DNA of 64,000 bases, taken from Octopus sinensis (Eukaryota). Location: the NCBI RefSeq assembly GCF_006345805.1, contig NC_043000.1, positions 10,850,001 through 10,914,000 on the forward strand, written 5' to 3'. Of this stretch, positions 51,434 through 64,000 are shown one piece after another. The position numbers and the translations under genes are program-made. The first letter of the stretch is position 1. Each line of letters opens with the position of its first letter. Below the pieces are notes generated by a model. The model saw nothing but the letters and a program-made list of their open reading frames with translations, did not search any database and was not told the origin of the DNA.

Positions 51434-51823
51434 TCTTTATATATAAAGCTGAAGTTGCCTGTGTGTGGCAGGTTTGGTAGCTTTCAACTAACACTATCTC
51501 CTCCGAGAGCCTGCGGCGCAAGTTGACAAAATTGAGAGTATGATAGAAGAAAGCTTGCTCTTCATTCTGTACAAGAAAAAATTCAAATCGGACCATGTTA
51601 AGACCAAAAATTATTTACATCAAAAAGGTGCCTTTTTTCTATGAAAATCCCTGTTTTTTTACAATTTTTTGACTGCTGTGTCACCATTTTTTGGTATATT
51701 TCAACCAGAAAAATGTTCACTTAAAGAGAATAACAAGCTATATGATGCAAAATTTTTACCTTTCAAAAATACCAATTCTAAAGGGTCGAAAAGAAAACAA
51801 ACAACACCGGGCTATCCTGCTAG
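51434..51823 (+). mobile_element. Non-autonomous Helitron-like element, copy 3
   Basis: Reverse complement of copies 1 and 2; A|TC...CTAG|T. Confidence 0.7.
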
Positions 51824-52108
51824 TTTTTAATAAGGATTTTCATAGGTAAACAAGATTTCATACCCAAACCAATGTTTCATTCAATCAGTTGAGGAGTACA
51901 GCTCAACAAAAGAAGTATCCAACAGTATATACAATTCTCTTTAACTTATCTATTATATGAAATCCGTTCTGTCTGTCTGTGTTCTAGGATCTCGGGCATC
52001 CTCCATCCGATTAAACTCAAATTTGATATATAGATACCAACAGTATCAGGGCATGTATGTCTTGAAAAAATTACAAAAATCAATTCCAGGTGTGCTTTCA
52101 ATGTTTCT

Positions 52109-54400
52109 GAAAAGAAAAAGGCTTGGAGAAGCCATTATGAGAGACTGCTGAATGTGGAGAATGAATGGGAGGCGGAGAGCCTGCCAAATGTTGACCCAGT
52201 AGAGGGACCAGCTATCCGAATAGACAGCTCCCAAGTAGTTAAGGCAATTAAGGGTATGAAACCAGGAAAAGTCCCCGGCCCATCAGGAATCACTGCTGAG
52301 ATGCTTAAAACAGCTGGTTGTGTGGACTATGGCCTAGTCACCCGCATTGTAAACCAGGTAGTTCATAATGGAGTCATACCCAATGACTGGCGTAGCAGCA
52401 CCATAGTCAACTGCTACGAGGGTAAAGGTGATGCTCTAGATAGAAATAACTACAGGGGTATTAAACTGTTGGATCAGGTGATGAAGGTCACAGAGAGGGT
52501 CATAACCCATCTCATTAGGGAGAGAATTTGCTTAGATGAGATGCAGTTTGGTTTTGTGCCGGGTAGAAGCACCACTGATGCCATATTCCTGGTTCAACAA
52601 CAGCAGGAGAAATACCTAGCTAAAGATAAAACCCTCTACATAGCTTTTGTGGACTTGGAGGAAGCCTTTGACAGGGTCCCCTGATCCCTTATCTGGTGGT
52701 CGATGCCGAAACTGGAGATTGACGAATGGCTAATAAGGGCTGTACAGGCCCTATACAGAGAGGCTGTCAGCAATGTTAGGATTGGCAATGAGTATAGTGA
52801 AGAATTCCGGGAAGAAGTAGGTGTCCACCAAGGTTCAGCCCTCAGTCCCCTTTTATTCATCATAGTCCTCCAGACAATAACAGAGGAATTCAAAACAGGT
52901 TGTCCCTGGGAGCTCCTCTGTGCTGATGACCTGGCTCTCATAGCAGAATCACTACCGAAACTAGAAAAGAAATTTCGGGTGTGGAAGAAAGGGTTAGAAT
53001 CAAAGGGCCTTAGAGTAAATGTAGCAAAGACCAAAGTTATAGTAAGCAGAAAGGTGAACTCATCACACATCCCCTTGGGCAGGTGGCCCTGCTCAATCTG
53101 TAGGAAAGGTGTAGGTAGAAACTTCATAAGATGTACCCAGTGTAAGCTATGGACGCATAAGAGGTGCAGCAACATCAAAGGGAAATTAACTGATAAGATA
53201 GCTTTCATGTGCGACAGATGCACAGGGACAATAGACACCACAGATACTCAGAAAACAGATTCCATCACACTCCAGGGGGAGAAACTAGAAGTAGTTGATA
53301 GTTTCCGCTACCTAGGTGACCAAGTTAGTAGTGGAGGTGGATGCTCAGAGAGTGTCACCACTAGAATACGAATAGCCTGGGCAAAGTTTAGAAAGCTCCT
53401 ACCCCTACTGGCGACAAAGGGTCTCTCATTCAGAGTGAAAGGTAGATTGTATGATGCATGTGTGTGAACCGCTATGCTTCACGGTAGTGAAACATGGGCT
53501 GTGACTGCAGAGGACATGCGTAGACTTGAAAGAAATGAAGCTAACATGATCTGCTGGATGTGTAATGTCAGTGTGCACTCACGACAGAGTGTAAGCACCC
53601 TGAGAGAAATGCTGGACATAAGAAGCATCAGATGTGGTGTGCAAGAGCGACGCTTGCGATGGTATGGTCATGTACTGTGGATGGATGAGGAGAGATGTGT
53701 GAAGAAGTGCCACTCCCAAACAGTTGAAGGTATCAGGGGGAGAGGTAGACCCAGGAAGACATGGGATGAGGTAGTCAAGCATGACCTCAGAGCATTGGGC
53801 CTCACAGAGGCAATGACGAAGGACCGAGATCTCTGGAGACATGCTGTGACTGCAAAGACCTGGGCTGCTTCCTGCACCAGTTCCGCATAGCCCCAGCCCA
53901 TTCAAAGTACCTTGGATTTCAGAACAACCTGCTGTGACCTATTGAGACCTATTGAGTCAAGTACATGAACATCGAAATAAATATCAAATGGAAATAGTAG
54001 TTATGATACCTGTGCCGGTGGCACATAAAAAGCATCATCCAAATGTGGCCAATGCCAGCGCTGCCTTGACTGGCTTCTGTGCCTGTAGCACGTAAAAAGC
54101 ACCATCCGAACGTGGCCAATGCCAGCGCTGCCTTGAGTGGCTTCTGTTTCGGTAGCACGTAAAAAGCACCAACCAATCGTGGCCAATGCCAGACTCCCCT
54201 GGCACCTGTGCCGGTGGCACATAAAAAGCACCCACTACACTCATGGAGTGGTTGGCGTTAGGAAGGGCATCCAGCTGTAAAAACACTGCCAGATCAGACT
54301 GGAGCCTGGTGCAGCCTCCTGGCTTCCCAGACTCCGGTCGAACCGTCCAACCCATGCTAGCACAGAAAACGGATGTTAAACGACGATGATGATGATGATG
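52109..54400 (+). mobile_element. RTE-clade LINE copy D, 5'-truncated, more diverged
   Basis: ORF pieces 52154..52684, 52703..53467 and 53474..53890 are separated by TGA stops; LCADD at the catalytic motif. Same 3' UTR repeats and (GAT)n tail. Confidence 0.93.
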
Positions 54401-55719
54401 AATCTGATCGATAAAGCTGTGGGAACGTGCATTTGTAAAATCGTTTTTCTTGGAATAGAAAAAAGTCTATCTTTATTTCTTCTTTTGCTGGTGTCTCAAA
54501 TTTAGGTTAAATCAGTGTTTCTCAAAGGGGAGGCCTATGGGATGGTCAGACAAGTTGTTTTGGGAAAATTTGGTTTAAGTGCTTGACAACACAGCACCAT
54601 CCACTGGATGGGGGGCGTTTTGCTCGTATATAATAAAGACACACACAAATGAATATGTTTCTATTCATGGTCTAGTGTCTAAGGCTTTGCACTCATAATA
54701 ACAAGATCATGGTTTCAATTCCTGGGTCGAGTGGTACATTATGTTCTTGGGCAAGACAATTCATTTCACACTGCTCTGCAATCACCTTGGCATCTTATGT
54801 GTGGTGCACTGTGCATGTGTATAGGTAATATTGATCTCATGGATAGAGTAAGCATAAATATTTGATCACTATTAATCATCTGTGGAGAATGTTCAGCAAG
54901 AAACTACAGAAACGTCATCTGTTGTGTACAACAGGAAAGACCACAGGACACACAGACACACACATACTGCGGGTAATGTTTGATAATATATCAGGTTATT
55001 AAGAATGAAATGTCCAATTTTCTTATGCACCAAGTTTGACAGTCATTAACTCTAATGTTTTATCCTGACAATTTTTTGTTTTATGACATTGAAGAATTAC
55101 AGCATCACTTTTTGAAATGCAATTCATGGTGTCTGATTATATTGTGAGTTTTCTCTTGTAAATCAAATTTTATGAGCATGTAGTAGAGAGTAATGGATAA
55201 AGATCTTTTCTGAATCATATACACTCACAGGGTTGGTTTCTTGGTTGGGATGCTGGTTCATTACAGGATTACTTATTTTTCCCATCTAAGTGAACGAGCA
55301 ATGTGAAATGGAGTATTTTGATCAAGAACACAATGTGTCGCCCAGTCCAGAAATCGAAACCACAATCTTATGATCAGGAGTCCAACACCCTAACCACTAA
55401 GCCACGTGCCTCCACTGCAGTAAAGTTTAACTTATGATGAATATATTTCAGCAGTATAAACATAATGCTTCATGGATGAAGTAACATTTAACAATGGATT
55501 CACTTAACAATTAGAAGGCAGCTTTGAAATTATAGACATGAGATTACTGACTGGATTTATTTCCACAATATATATCTGCATTGATTCATCAATCTATAAA
55601 TACTAGCAAGTCTAGTGGAGACGACTAGCTATGTCATACAAAATACAATGAAATCCAGTCGACCTAAATAGAATAATAATATTTTTTATTCAATTTAGTT
55701 TCAGTAAAATGTCTACTTT

Positions 55720-56148
55720 AACGCTTTCATTACTGTATTTATTTTGAGATGCTCTGTCTTTCTTTCAATTTAGTGTTCATGTTAAATGTAATACTTTGAT
55801 TAATCGAATTGTTTTGAATTAATCATACATTATCTTACAGCTTTGAAGTTTCAATGGTGTGATAGTTTATTCTTAGAAAGTCAATGTAGGTTAGGTGTGA
55901 GGGGCTAGATATGGCCAGTTTGAATATAAAACATTTAGGATATTTGGGCCGGATATGGCTGGCTTAAACACCAAAGGGTTGAATATAACAATGAATTTAG
56001 TAAAATAACTTAGTTACCATTAAGCTAGTGTTAGGAACATAAATTGTGACTAAGATTTGGTGGAAGATTTTAATTCAAAACTTATGAAAACAAGACATTT
56101 GTACTAAGAGCCAGAGCCGGTTTCAGCCGGGTTGGTAATAAAAGGGTT
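55720..56148. mobile_element. 220-bp-family MITE interrupted by a second TTAA-type MITE
   Basis: The two halves of the first family surround sequence matching the 33365-33900 family. Confidence 0.65.
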
Positions 56149-56464
56149 AACACAGAAACAAATAATCAGACTTGGAATTTTGAAGTAGTGCTGACTAATA
56201 CTTCAACATCTAGAAGAGACATGCATGAAAAACTGAGGTGATCACAGACCAATTCACCCTCACTTCAAAGCCATACGCAAATTTTATCATAGCTATCACA
56301 CTAATCCTGTTAATCCGACCAGAAAAACTTGAGTGAGATTAGCAGGGTTTATGTCAAGTTTTGTTGTAGATGTACAGACGCAATGGCAGGAAGATATGTC
56401 CAGGAGGTTGAAGAGATTACATCTAGTTTTTAATATGTGGGTAAGGAATGTATTAAATACATTT

Positions 56465-56860
56465 ACATACAATAAGTGGTTGAGAAATTGGCTTCCTGAC
56501 CTTGTGGTCCTGGGTTCACTCCCTGTGCACAGTGCCTTGGTCAAGTTGTCTTCTATTAAAGTCTGATGCTGACTAAAGCTTTGTGAATAGATTTGGCAGA
56601 TGGAAACTGGAAGAAACATGTATGTATGTGTGTATATGTGTGTGTGTGTGCATGTCATTGTGTTCATCTCCTATCATTGCTTGACAACCGGTGTTGGTTT
56701 GTTTGTCTCCATAACCTAGCGGTTCAGCAAAAGTGGTTGATAGAATAAATACAAGGCTTAAAAAGAAAACAACAAATGGGGGTTGACTTGTTCAACTAAA
56801 CCCTTCAAGTGGTACCTCAGCATGGCCATAGACCAACGACTCAAATAAGTAAATGATAAA
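56465..56860 (+). mobile_element. SINE family 1, degenerate
   Basis: Similarity to the family consensus. Confidence 0.7.
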
Positions 56861-57493
56861 AGATGCCAGTTAACATATGTAAAAAGAGAGAGAGAGAGAG
56901 GTGATGATGAATTCATGTTAGGAAAGGGTTTTCTGATAAGAAAATTAATTCTTTTATTCAGCCCAGAATATTTGTGTAAAAAGTTAGCAGTTCAAACTGA
57001 AGTATTAGTTGATCCTAAAGAAAAATCTTAATCTTTGCAGAATCATCATCCTCATCATCATTGTTTAACGTCCACTTTCCATGCTAGCACGGGTTGGACG
57101 ATTTTGACAGGGTTGGTGAACCAGATGGCTGCACCAGGCTCCAATCTTGATCTGGCAGAGTTTCTACAGCTGGATGCCATTCCCAACGCCAACCACTCTG
57201 CGAGTGTAGTGGGTGCTTTTTATGTGCCACCGGCACAGGGCCAGTCAGGCGGTACTGGCAATGACCTCGCTTGAATCTTTTTACACATGCCACCGGCAGA
57301 ATAGTTTTGACAACTCCATAAAATATTTCCAACATTGTTAGGCCCAGCATTTGTGAGGAATGAAACTGACTTTTATAGTCTGTTGTTCATGTGAAGTAAA
57401 GGGATTCCCTGGCTACATGTAGAAGCATCTGTGTTAGACGAGATCAAACTGTCATAACTCATGGGACATGATAGTAAGCAAGCCATCAATGTA

Positions 57494-58060
57494 CTGGGTT
57501 GTCCGGAAAGTTTGTGCCGATTTATAGCAGCTTACCTTTTGACATATTTTAGAACATGGTTGGGTCCATAAAATAGGATTTGACTACACCTCCATTTAGA
57601 GCACAGTTTAAGCTATCTTTTCATAGAAGAAGGTTTATGTTCCTATAACCTGTGTTAATTCTGTAACCCTTTAAATTGGAAGATAAGAAAGTTCATTTTT
57701 GGCACTTGATGCTTTGGGAACCAGACAAAAATTGCTGCAGCTTGGCTGGGATGTGTTACCCCACCCTCTATATTCACCAGATATTGCTCCTTTGGATTTC
57801 CACTTATTCAGTTCTCTGCAGAATAGTCTTAATGGTGAAAAATTTTAATTCCTTGGATGATGTAAAAAGATACCTTGATGAATTCCTTGCTATGAAACCA
57901 CCTCAATTCTGGGAAGAGGGTATTTTCAAGTTAAAGGGAAGATGGAGATGCATTGTGCAACAAAATGGTTCATATTTGGTTGATTAAAAATGTAATGGCA
58001 AGTATTTATTGAACTTTTTCTTTCCTTTAAAAATCGGCACGAACTTTCCGGACAACCCAA
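57494..58060 (+). mobile_element. Internally deleted mariner (567 bp), same derivative as 35022-35586
   Basis: Same TIRs, TA flanks and deletion junction (CTTTGGGAACCAGACAAAAATTG). Confidence 0.9.
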
Positions 58061-58149
58061 TATTTTGTACTGGAAGGAATGATTGACCATACTCCTAGGT
58101 TTAGAGAAATCTCAATCATCACATGTGAAAGAATGACTTTAAAGATTAA

Positions 58150-58369
58150 CCCTTTCGTTACCATATTTCTGTTGAGATGCTCTGTGTTTCTTTCATTTAC
58201 TTTAAATATAACAATGAATTTTGTAAAATAACTTCGTTATCATTAAGCTAGTGTTAGGAACATAAATTGTGACTAAGGTTTGGTGAAAGATTTTAATTCA
58301 AAACTTATGAAAACAAGACATTTGTACAAAGAGCCAGAGGCAGTTTCAGCCATGTTGGTAATGTAAGGG
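58150..58369. mobile_element. 220-bp piggyBac-like MITE
   Basis: TTAA|CCCTTTCGTTAC...GTAATGTAAGGG|TTAA. Confidence 0.85.
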
Positions 58370-58757
58370 TTAAAGTAGGAAGCTTTGTGAGGGCAAAAGA
58401 TTTATAGATGTGAATGTTGCTAATTTCACTGCTTCTAGAGTAGTACTATGATATTAAAGAATTAGCAAAGTCAGTAAAGCTGAAAAACAGAAAATATGAC
58501 TGTGACTGAAGGAAGATGAGATTTAGGTAATTATGAGTAATCAAAGGCATTTTTGTTTCCTGGATCATCATCTAGCTGGAGTTATGTTTCCAACATTAGT
58601 TACACATCACCAATTTTAAAGAATTAGAAAGAAAAATACACCAGCAGTACTTCAAATATTCACAGTGGGTTACTTCACACTTATCACAATCTAGCCTGAC
58701 CTGTATTAAAACTATGATGCTTTACAAGTATCATATCCTGTCACTGACTGTGTATGT

Positions 58758-59060
58758 GGAGGCACATGGCCTACTGGTTAGAGTAGCGGACCTGTGGTCG
58801 AGGGATCACGGGTTTGAATCTCAGATCGGGCGATGTATGTGTTTATGAGCAAAACACCTAAGCTCCACGCAGCTCTGGCAGAAGGTAATGGCGAACTTCT
58901 GCTGACTCTTTCGCCACAAATTTCTCTCACTCTTTCCTCCTGCATCTTGCAGCTCATCTGCGATGGACCGGCGTCTCGTCGATGTAGGGAACCTATACGC
59001 CAAGGAAACTGGGAAAGATTTATCAAACTTAATCAGGCATGGCTCGAGAAGGAACAGACA
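58758..59060 (+). mobile_element. SINE family 3
   Basis: Matches 42352-42645. Confidence 0.85.
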
Positions 59061-59692
59061 AATAGACTGTGTATAAAACTCTAGTTTTGTGTGCTTTTGA
59101 ATAATTCTTTATGATTTATCAAACTTAATCAAGACCCACATTTTAGTGCTGCTTGCATTTGTGGGACAGTACTGTTGCTGCATGCACTAACATCTTAGAT
59201 TCTAAAAGTAGGCCTTCCTTTTAACTAGAAAATTTTCAATCTCCACAGACACATTGTTCCTTTTCTCCATTCATTCTGTTGCTACTGCCACAGCTTCTGA
59301 TCCTCTGAACCAGCTTACTGCATACCTTCTTACACAACCCACCTGTCTTTTCCCCGCCTACTTTCCACAGTAAACACTTCACTCAATTCTTTTATCCTTT
59401 TGGGATTTCCTTCTTGATCACGCTTTTCCTATAGATGTTTGATCAATTACATCAAACATCTTTGATTGACTACATCAATTTTGTGTGCCTTTTTTTTTTT
59501 TTTGGTTTAACTCTTTTACTGCGAAACTCAGATATATCCACTCAAAATTTCACAACTCTTAACTGTGGAAATAAGTTTTATAAACAAATCTATCTTTTGT
59601 TTAGAAATGTCATGCTTGAAGCAATTTTTTTGTTGAGATATGTCAAGTTTATTGAAGCAACATGACTAATGGAAAATACCAACTCTATTTTT

Positions 59693-60010
59693 TTTTTTCT
59701 TTCTTCTTCACCCGTTTCAAGTGTAGCCAGGCTCATGGGCCTGGTTTCCCAGTTTCTGTGGCGTATGTGTTCCCCCCAGCTGGATGGGACATCAGTCCAT
59801 CACAGCGTTACTCAAGAAACAGGAAGAAAGAGTGAGAGAAAGTTGGGGCAAAAGAGTACAACAGGGGTAGCCACCACCCCCTGCCAGAGCCTCAAGTAGC
59901 TTTAGGTATTTTCGCTCAATAAACACACACAACACCAAGTCTGGGAATTGAAACCGCAATCCTCCGACCGTGAATCCGCTGCCCTAATCACTGGGCCATT
60001 GTGCCTCTAC
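59693..60010 (-). mobile_element. SINE family 3 variant inside a TTAA-type MITE
   Basis: 11-bp TSD ACTCTATTTTT. Confidence 0.85.
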
Positions 60011-60499
60011 ACTCTATTTTTGCTAGATATTAAATATCATTACTTGAATGACCATGAAATTTAATTTCATAGTGAAAAGGTTAATGGCTTATGGAAGCAC
60101 TGACTCTTTTCAGAACCTCCTTGAATGATGAGACAAATTATCTTCAGACCAGAGATCTACTCCAGCTAAAGGCGCCTATGAACCTTTAGCAGAGTCCATT
60201 TATTAAAGAATTTTGGCATTAGATTGAATAGATTAAGATTACATGCCTTGTTCATGGAGGCAAGCCCCTCCAACAACTTTTTGACTATTTGATTTTGAAT
60301 ATAAGTGAAAATAATAAATTAAGACATCAACTGATAATTATCAAAGTGTGAAAGAGAGAACTGAGTATAAAAAAGAAAAAAAGAGGGAACAAAGATAGGA
60401 AGAGAAATTATTGGTGCACAACAGCACAAGTAAGCTTACTAAAAGTATAGAAGACTAGACACAAGACAACATTGAGTGAACACCAGTTAAACAATTTAC

Positions 60500-60525
60500 C
60501 TATTTTTCTTCAGTATTACAACAAT
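60500..60525 (-). CDS. SMIM29: SMIM29-like gene, 26-nt coding micro-exon (IVVILKKN+R): end of TM segment and basic stop-transfer
   Basis: Acceptor tgttttttttttccag, donor AG|GTAAAT. Phase 0 to phase 2 joins the 130-nt exon in frame. Parallels the VMYVQKKKR segment of human SMIM29 as I recall it. Confidence 0.75.
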
Positions 60526-60726
60526 CTGGAAAAAAAAAACAGATTTTAATGACCATACTGTTTCATAACTTAGAACCCATCAACAATCAATTTAAAGATT
60601 TGTAACATAGCAAGGAATGTATTATAATGTATTTGGTTTATGGTTTACTGATGTTGGTTTCAAAATTTGGCACAATGCCAGCAATTTTGGGGAAGGTATT
60701 TAGTTAATTACATTGATCTCACTACT

Positions 60727-60975
60727 TCAGGGTTGGTGAAAGCGATGTGGTGGACAATGAAAAACCTGGCTGATGACAGTCAAGGTTGATCTGGAACCCA
60801 ACCTAGGTCCCCATGTCTACGGCGTTCGCCGCTGGAATAAAGAGTGGTTGGAGATCACGCGGTCGTTAGCCTCAAATCGCCAGGCCTGGTCAGCGTTTGT
60901 GAGAGATGCAGCATTGAGGATGAATGAAGCCAGCTCAACCCACCCCGGGTGAATGCTGTCAAGTCAAGTCAAGTC
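60727..60975 (+). mobile_element. 3' fragment of another RTE-type LINE with (CAAGT)n tail, inserted in a SINE
   Basis: Encodes KTWLMTVKVDLEPNLGPHVYGVRRWNKEWLEITRSLASNRQAWSAFVRDA...PG*. Imperfect 7-bp TSD cactact/cagtact. Confidence 0.7.
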
Positions 60976-61524
60976 AGTACTCAACTGGTACTTTTATTTT
61001 ATTGACCCTGCAAAGATGACAGGCAAAGTCAACCTTGATGGAATTTGAACTCAGAATGTAACGGAGGATGAAATACTGCTAAGCATTTTGCCCAACATGC
61101 CAACAATTCTGATGGTTTGCCTCCTTATTTGGTTTACTGATATTAATTTCAAAATTTTCCCATGATAGAACTAGTTTGCAGGCCTATGAAATTCTTAATC
61201 TCCTTTAAGCTGGTGGTTTCTTCTAAGCCATTCATTTACCAATGAGAAGAATTTTTATCTTGACTAACTGAAACAAAGCGACAACTGTGTCCCACTGAAT
61301 TAATGACAGGACTGAACTTTTGACTTTTATGCCAAAACACAAAAATTTAGTTATCTGGTTCAATAAACCCATGACAAAGCCTTTGTTTTATCCCAGGTCA
61401 GCTCTAACCAAGCAGATCTGTGATCAGAAATGTTCCAGTTTTGACCATTGTATACTTTATTCTTTTCTTTTTAAGATAGTAGGTTGTAGTATGTGGTTTC
61501 ATGGTTACAGTATTCAGCTCCTGA

Positions 61525-61758
61525 AAGGTGGCGAGCTGGCAGAAACGTTAGCATGCCGAGCGAAATGCTTAGTGGTATTTCGTCTGCCACTATGTTCTGA
61601 GTTCAAATTGCGCCGAGGTCGACTTTGCCTTCCATCTTTTCAGGGTCGATTAAATAAGTACCAGTTATGCACTAGGGTCGATATAATCAACTTAATCTGT
61701 TTGTCTGTCCTTGTTTGTCCTCTCTGTGTTTAGCCCCTTGTGGGTAATAAAGAAATAG
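61525..61758 (+). mobile_element. SINE family 2
   Basis: 15-bp TSD GTATTCAGCTCCTGA. Confidence 0.9.
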
Positions 61759-62191
61759 GTATTCAGCTCCTGATTGTAAGGTTGTGAGTTCATTTCCCGG
61801 TGATATGTTGCATCCTTAAGCAAGACACTTTATTTCATGTTGCTCCTGTCCACTCAGCCGGCAAAAATGAATATTTACATTCCACCAGCACAGGTGCCAT
61901 TTGCAAGATACCAGTATCTGTCATGACTATGATTTCACTTGGTTTGATGGGTTTTCTTCTCAAGAATGGCATATTGCCAAAGGTCTCAGTCATTTGCCAT
62001 AGCCTCCATGAGGCCCAACACTTCAAAGTGCTTTTCACGAGCTGCCAACACAAGTGTCAGTTATTCTTGTAGAATATGCTTGTTTGTAAATGTGGTTTTG
62101 GGTTCAGTTCTGTTGCACAACACCGTGGACAAACCAATACCTTGAGAGTGAATTTAACAGATGGAAACTGTGTGGAAGCCAGTTGTATATA

Positions 62192-62607
62192 ATTCTTTAT
62201 TGCCCACAAGGAGCTAAACATAGAGGGGACAAACAAGGACAGACATAGGGATTAAGTCGATTACATTGACCCCAGTGCATAACTGGTACTTATTTAATCG
62301 ACCTCGAAAGGATGAAAGGCAAAGTCGACCTCGGTGGAATTTGAACTCAGAACGTAGCGGCAGACAAAATACCTATTTCTTTACTACCCACAAGGGGCTA
62401 AACACAGAGGGGACAAATAAGGACAGACACACGGACTAAGTCGATTACATCGACCCCAGTGCGTAACTGGTACTTAATTTATCGACCCCGAAAGGATGAA
62501 AGGCAAAGTTGACCTTGGCGGAATTTGAACTCAGAACGTAGTGGCAGACGAAATACCGCTAAGCATTTTGCCTGGCATGCTATCGATTCTGCCAGCTCGC
62601 CATCTTT
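62192..62607 (-). mobile_element. SINE family 2 dimer (one full + one 5'-truncated copy)
   Basis: A single 16-bp TSD AAGCCAGTTGTATATA surrounds both copies. Confidence 0.88.
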
Positions 62608-64000
62608 AAGCCAGTTGTATATATCATCATCCTCATCATTTTAATGTTCATTTTTCCCTGCTTGCATGGGTAAAATGGAGTTTATTGAGGCAGATTCTTT
62701 ATGGCCAAATGCCCTTGCTGTTGATAACAGTCACATGCTTCCAAATAAGGTGATATTTTCCCATGGCCAGATACATTCTCACAGAATATTGGAAATGAGT
62801 GATACTGCTTGTATGACAGTGACACTCATTTACAGCTATCCTGTGATGTCAAGACAAGGAGACACAAACACTCACATATACATACATGCATATATGTATG
62901 TATGTACATACCTTAGGTAAGTTAAAATATGCTTGTGACATATTTCAACTTCTAAAGGCAAATTCACTGCTGTTATCAAGGAGTAAAAATTCTCTCTTAT
63001 TGTAAAAAAAACTTAAAAACATCATATTTACCTAGTGCTTCCCCCTATCAGATTCCTAGAAGGCCATTTCTAGCTCTTTAGCCTTCATCAATGGGGAATA
63101 CCGAAGAGAGATAACCCTGGAAACATTTAAAGCCATAGCTTTGATTAAAAGCAGTCAACACCAGTGACTGAGTTGTACTATCCAACTCCCTGATCAGGAT
63201 AAATATAATAGCATCAACACCAAGCAGTGATGAGGAACAAGCGAACTTTAGGCTAGTTAAAATAAATTCACTGCAGTTACCATGATTTTCTGTTATGGTA
63301 AAAGGTGCAATTTAGCCTCATGGAGGCAAGGACTGAAACCATTTGGCATTATGCCATGCTTCAGAAGACCCATCATGCCAAGTAAAACTGCACTCACGGT
63401 AGATACCAGTATCACGCAAATGGCACATGTGCTGGTGGCACATAAAAGCACCTATTATGCCCTTGGAGTGGTTGATGTTAGGAAGGGCACCCAGCTATAG
63501 AAACCATGCCAAAACAGACTGGAGTTTGGTACAGCCTTCCAGCTGCCAGCCCTGGTTAAACCATCCAACCCATGCCAGCATAGACAATGGATGCTGAATG
63601 GTGATGATGGTAATGATGATGACAGGCTTCTTTCAGTTTCTATCCACCAAATCCACTCACAAGGTATTGGTCTGGTTCAGCTATTGTAGAAGACACTTGT
63701 TCATGGTTCCATGCAATGGGACTGAACCTGAAACCATGTGGTTGGGAGGCAAACTTCTTAACCATGCAGCAACACCTGTGCCATTACATTGTCTGACAAA
63801 ATTTTAATTTCTTTTTTGTCTTTTATCAGTAAATGTTATTTCCTACTTGCTTCTGTCTAGAGATCAAAGGAAATGACCACTATTCTCTTCAAACTTTGCT
63901 TTTGTGACCTGGACATCAACGTTTTCAAACTGACCAATTTTCCATTACATTTCAGACAGATTCAGCACCAAGTTGCTGAAGCAGAAATATCATTATAGCA

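Noticed and set aside
56296-56667. Cys-containing 123-aa ORF ending in a hydrophobic stretch
   Set aside because: The first half is a SINE; the rest has no recognisable motif or phase-compatible splice sites.

Overview
AT-rich, repeat-dense animal genomic DNA. The SINE, RTE and microsatellite content resembles an octopus genome; that is inference from remembered repeat families, not a search result. Two convergent genes are visible, neither called as a gene by the ORF track. (1) A plus-strand terminal coding exon at 4010-4108 encodes an acidic tail; the gene is unidentified, and an HMGA-like identity is only a hypothesis. (2) A minus-strand SMIM29-like gene has three coding exons (60500-60525, 41715-41844, 31193-31252) that splice in frame to IVVILKKNRLDKLRHHLMPLYSFDPAAVDEDQDWECELLDGDKEQHVALRSESPSFRHAPKLKFSTDHSEL*. 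Its first coding exon presumably lies beyond the window. Most other sequence is transposon-derived: four truncated copies of one RTE LINE (39.7-54.4 kb, one inverted), three tRNA-type SINE families, CR1 and other RTE tails, mariner remnants, and piggyBac-, pogo-, Ginger- and Helitron-like non-autonomous elements. No rRNA, true tRNA gene or CRISPR array was seen. The most interesting leads are a possible ancient HMGA-SMIM29 tail-to-tail linkage and kilobase-scale inverted RTE copies around the central SMIM29 exon (dsRNA, editing or back-splicing potential). Many repeat boundaries are approximate and were read by eye.
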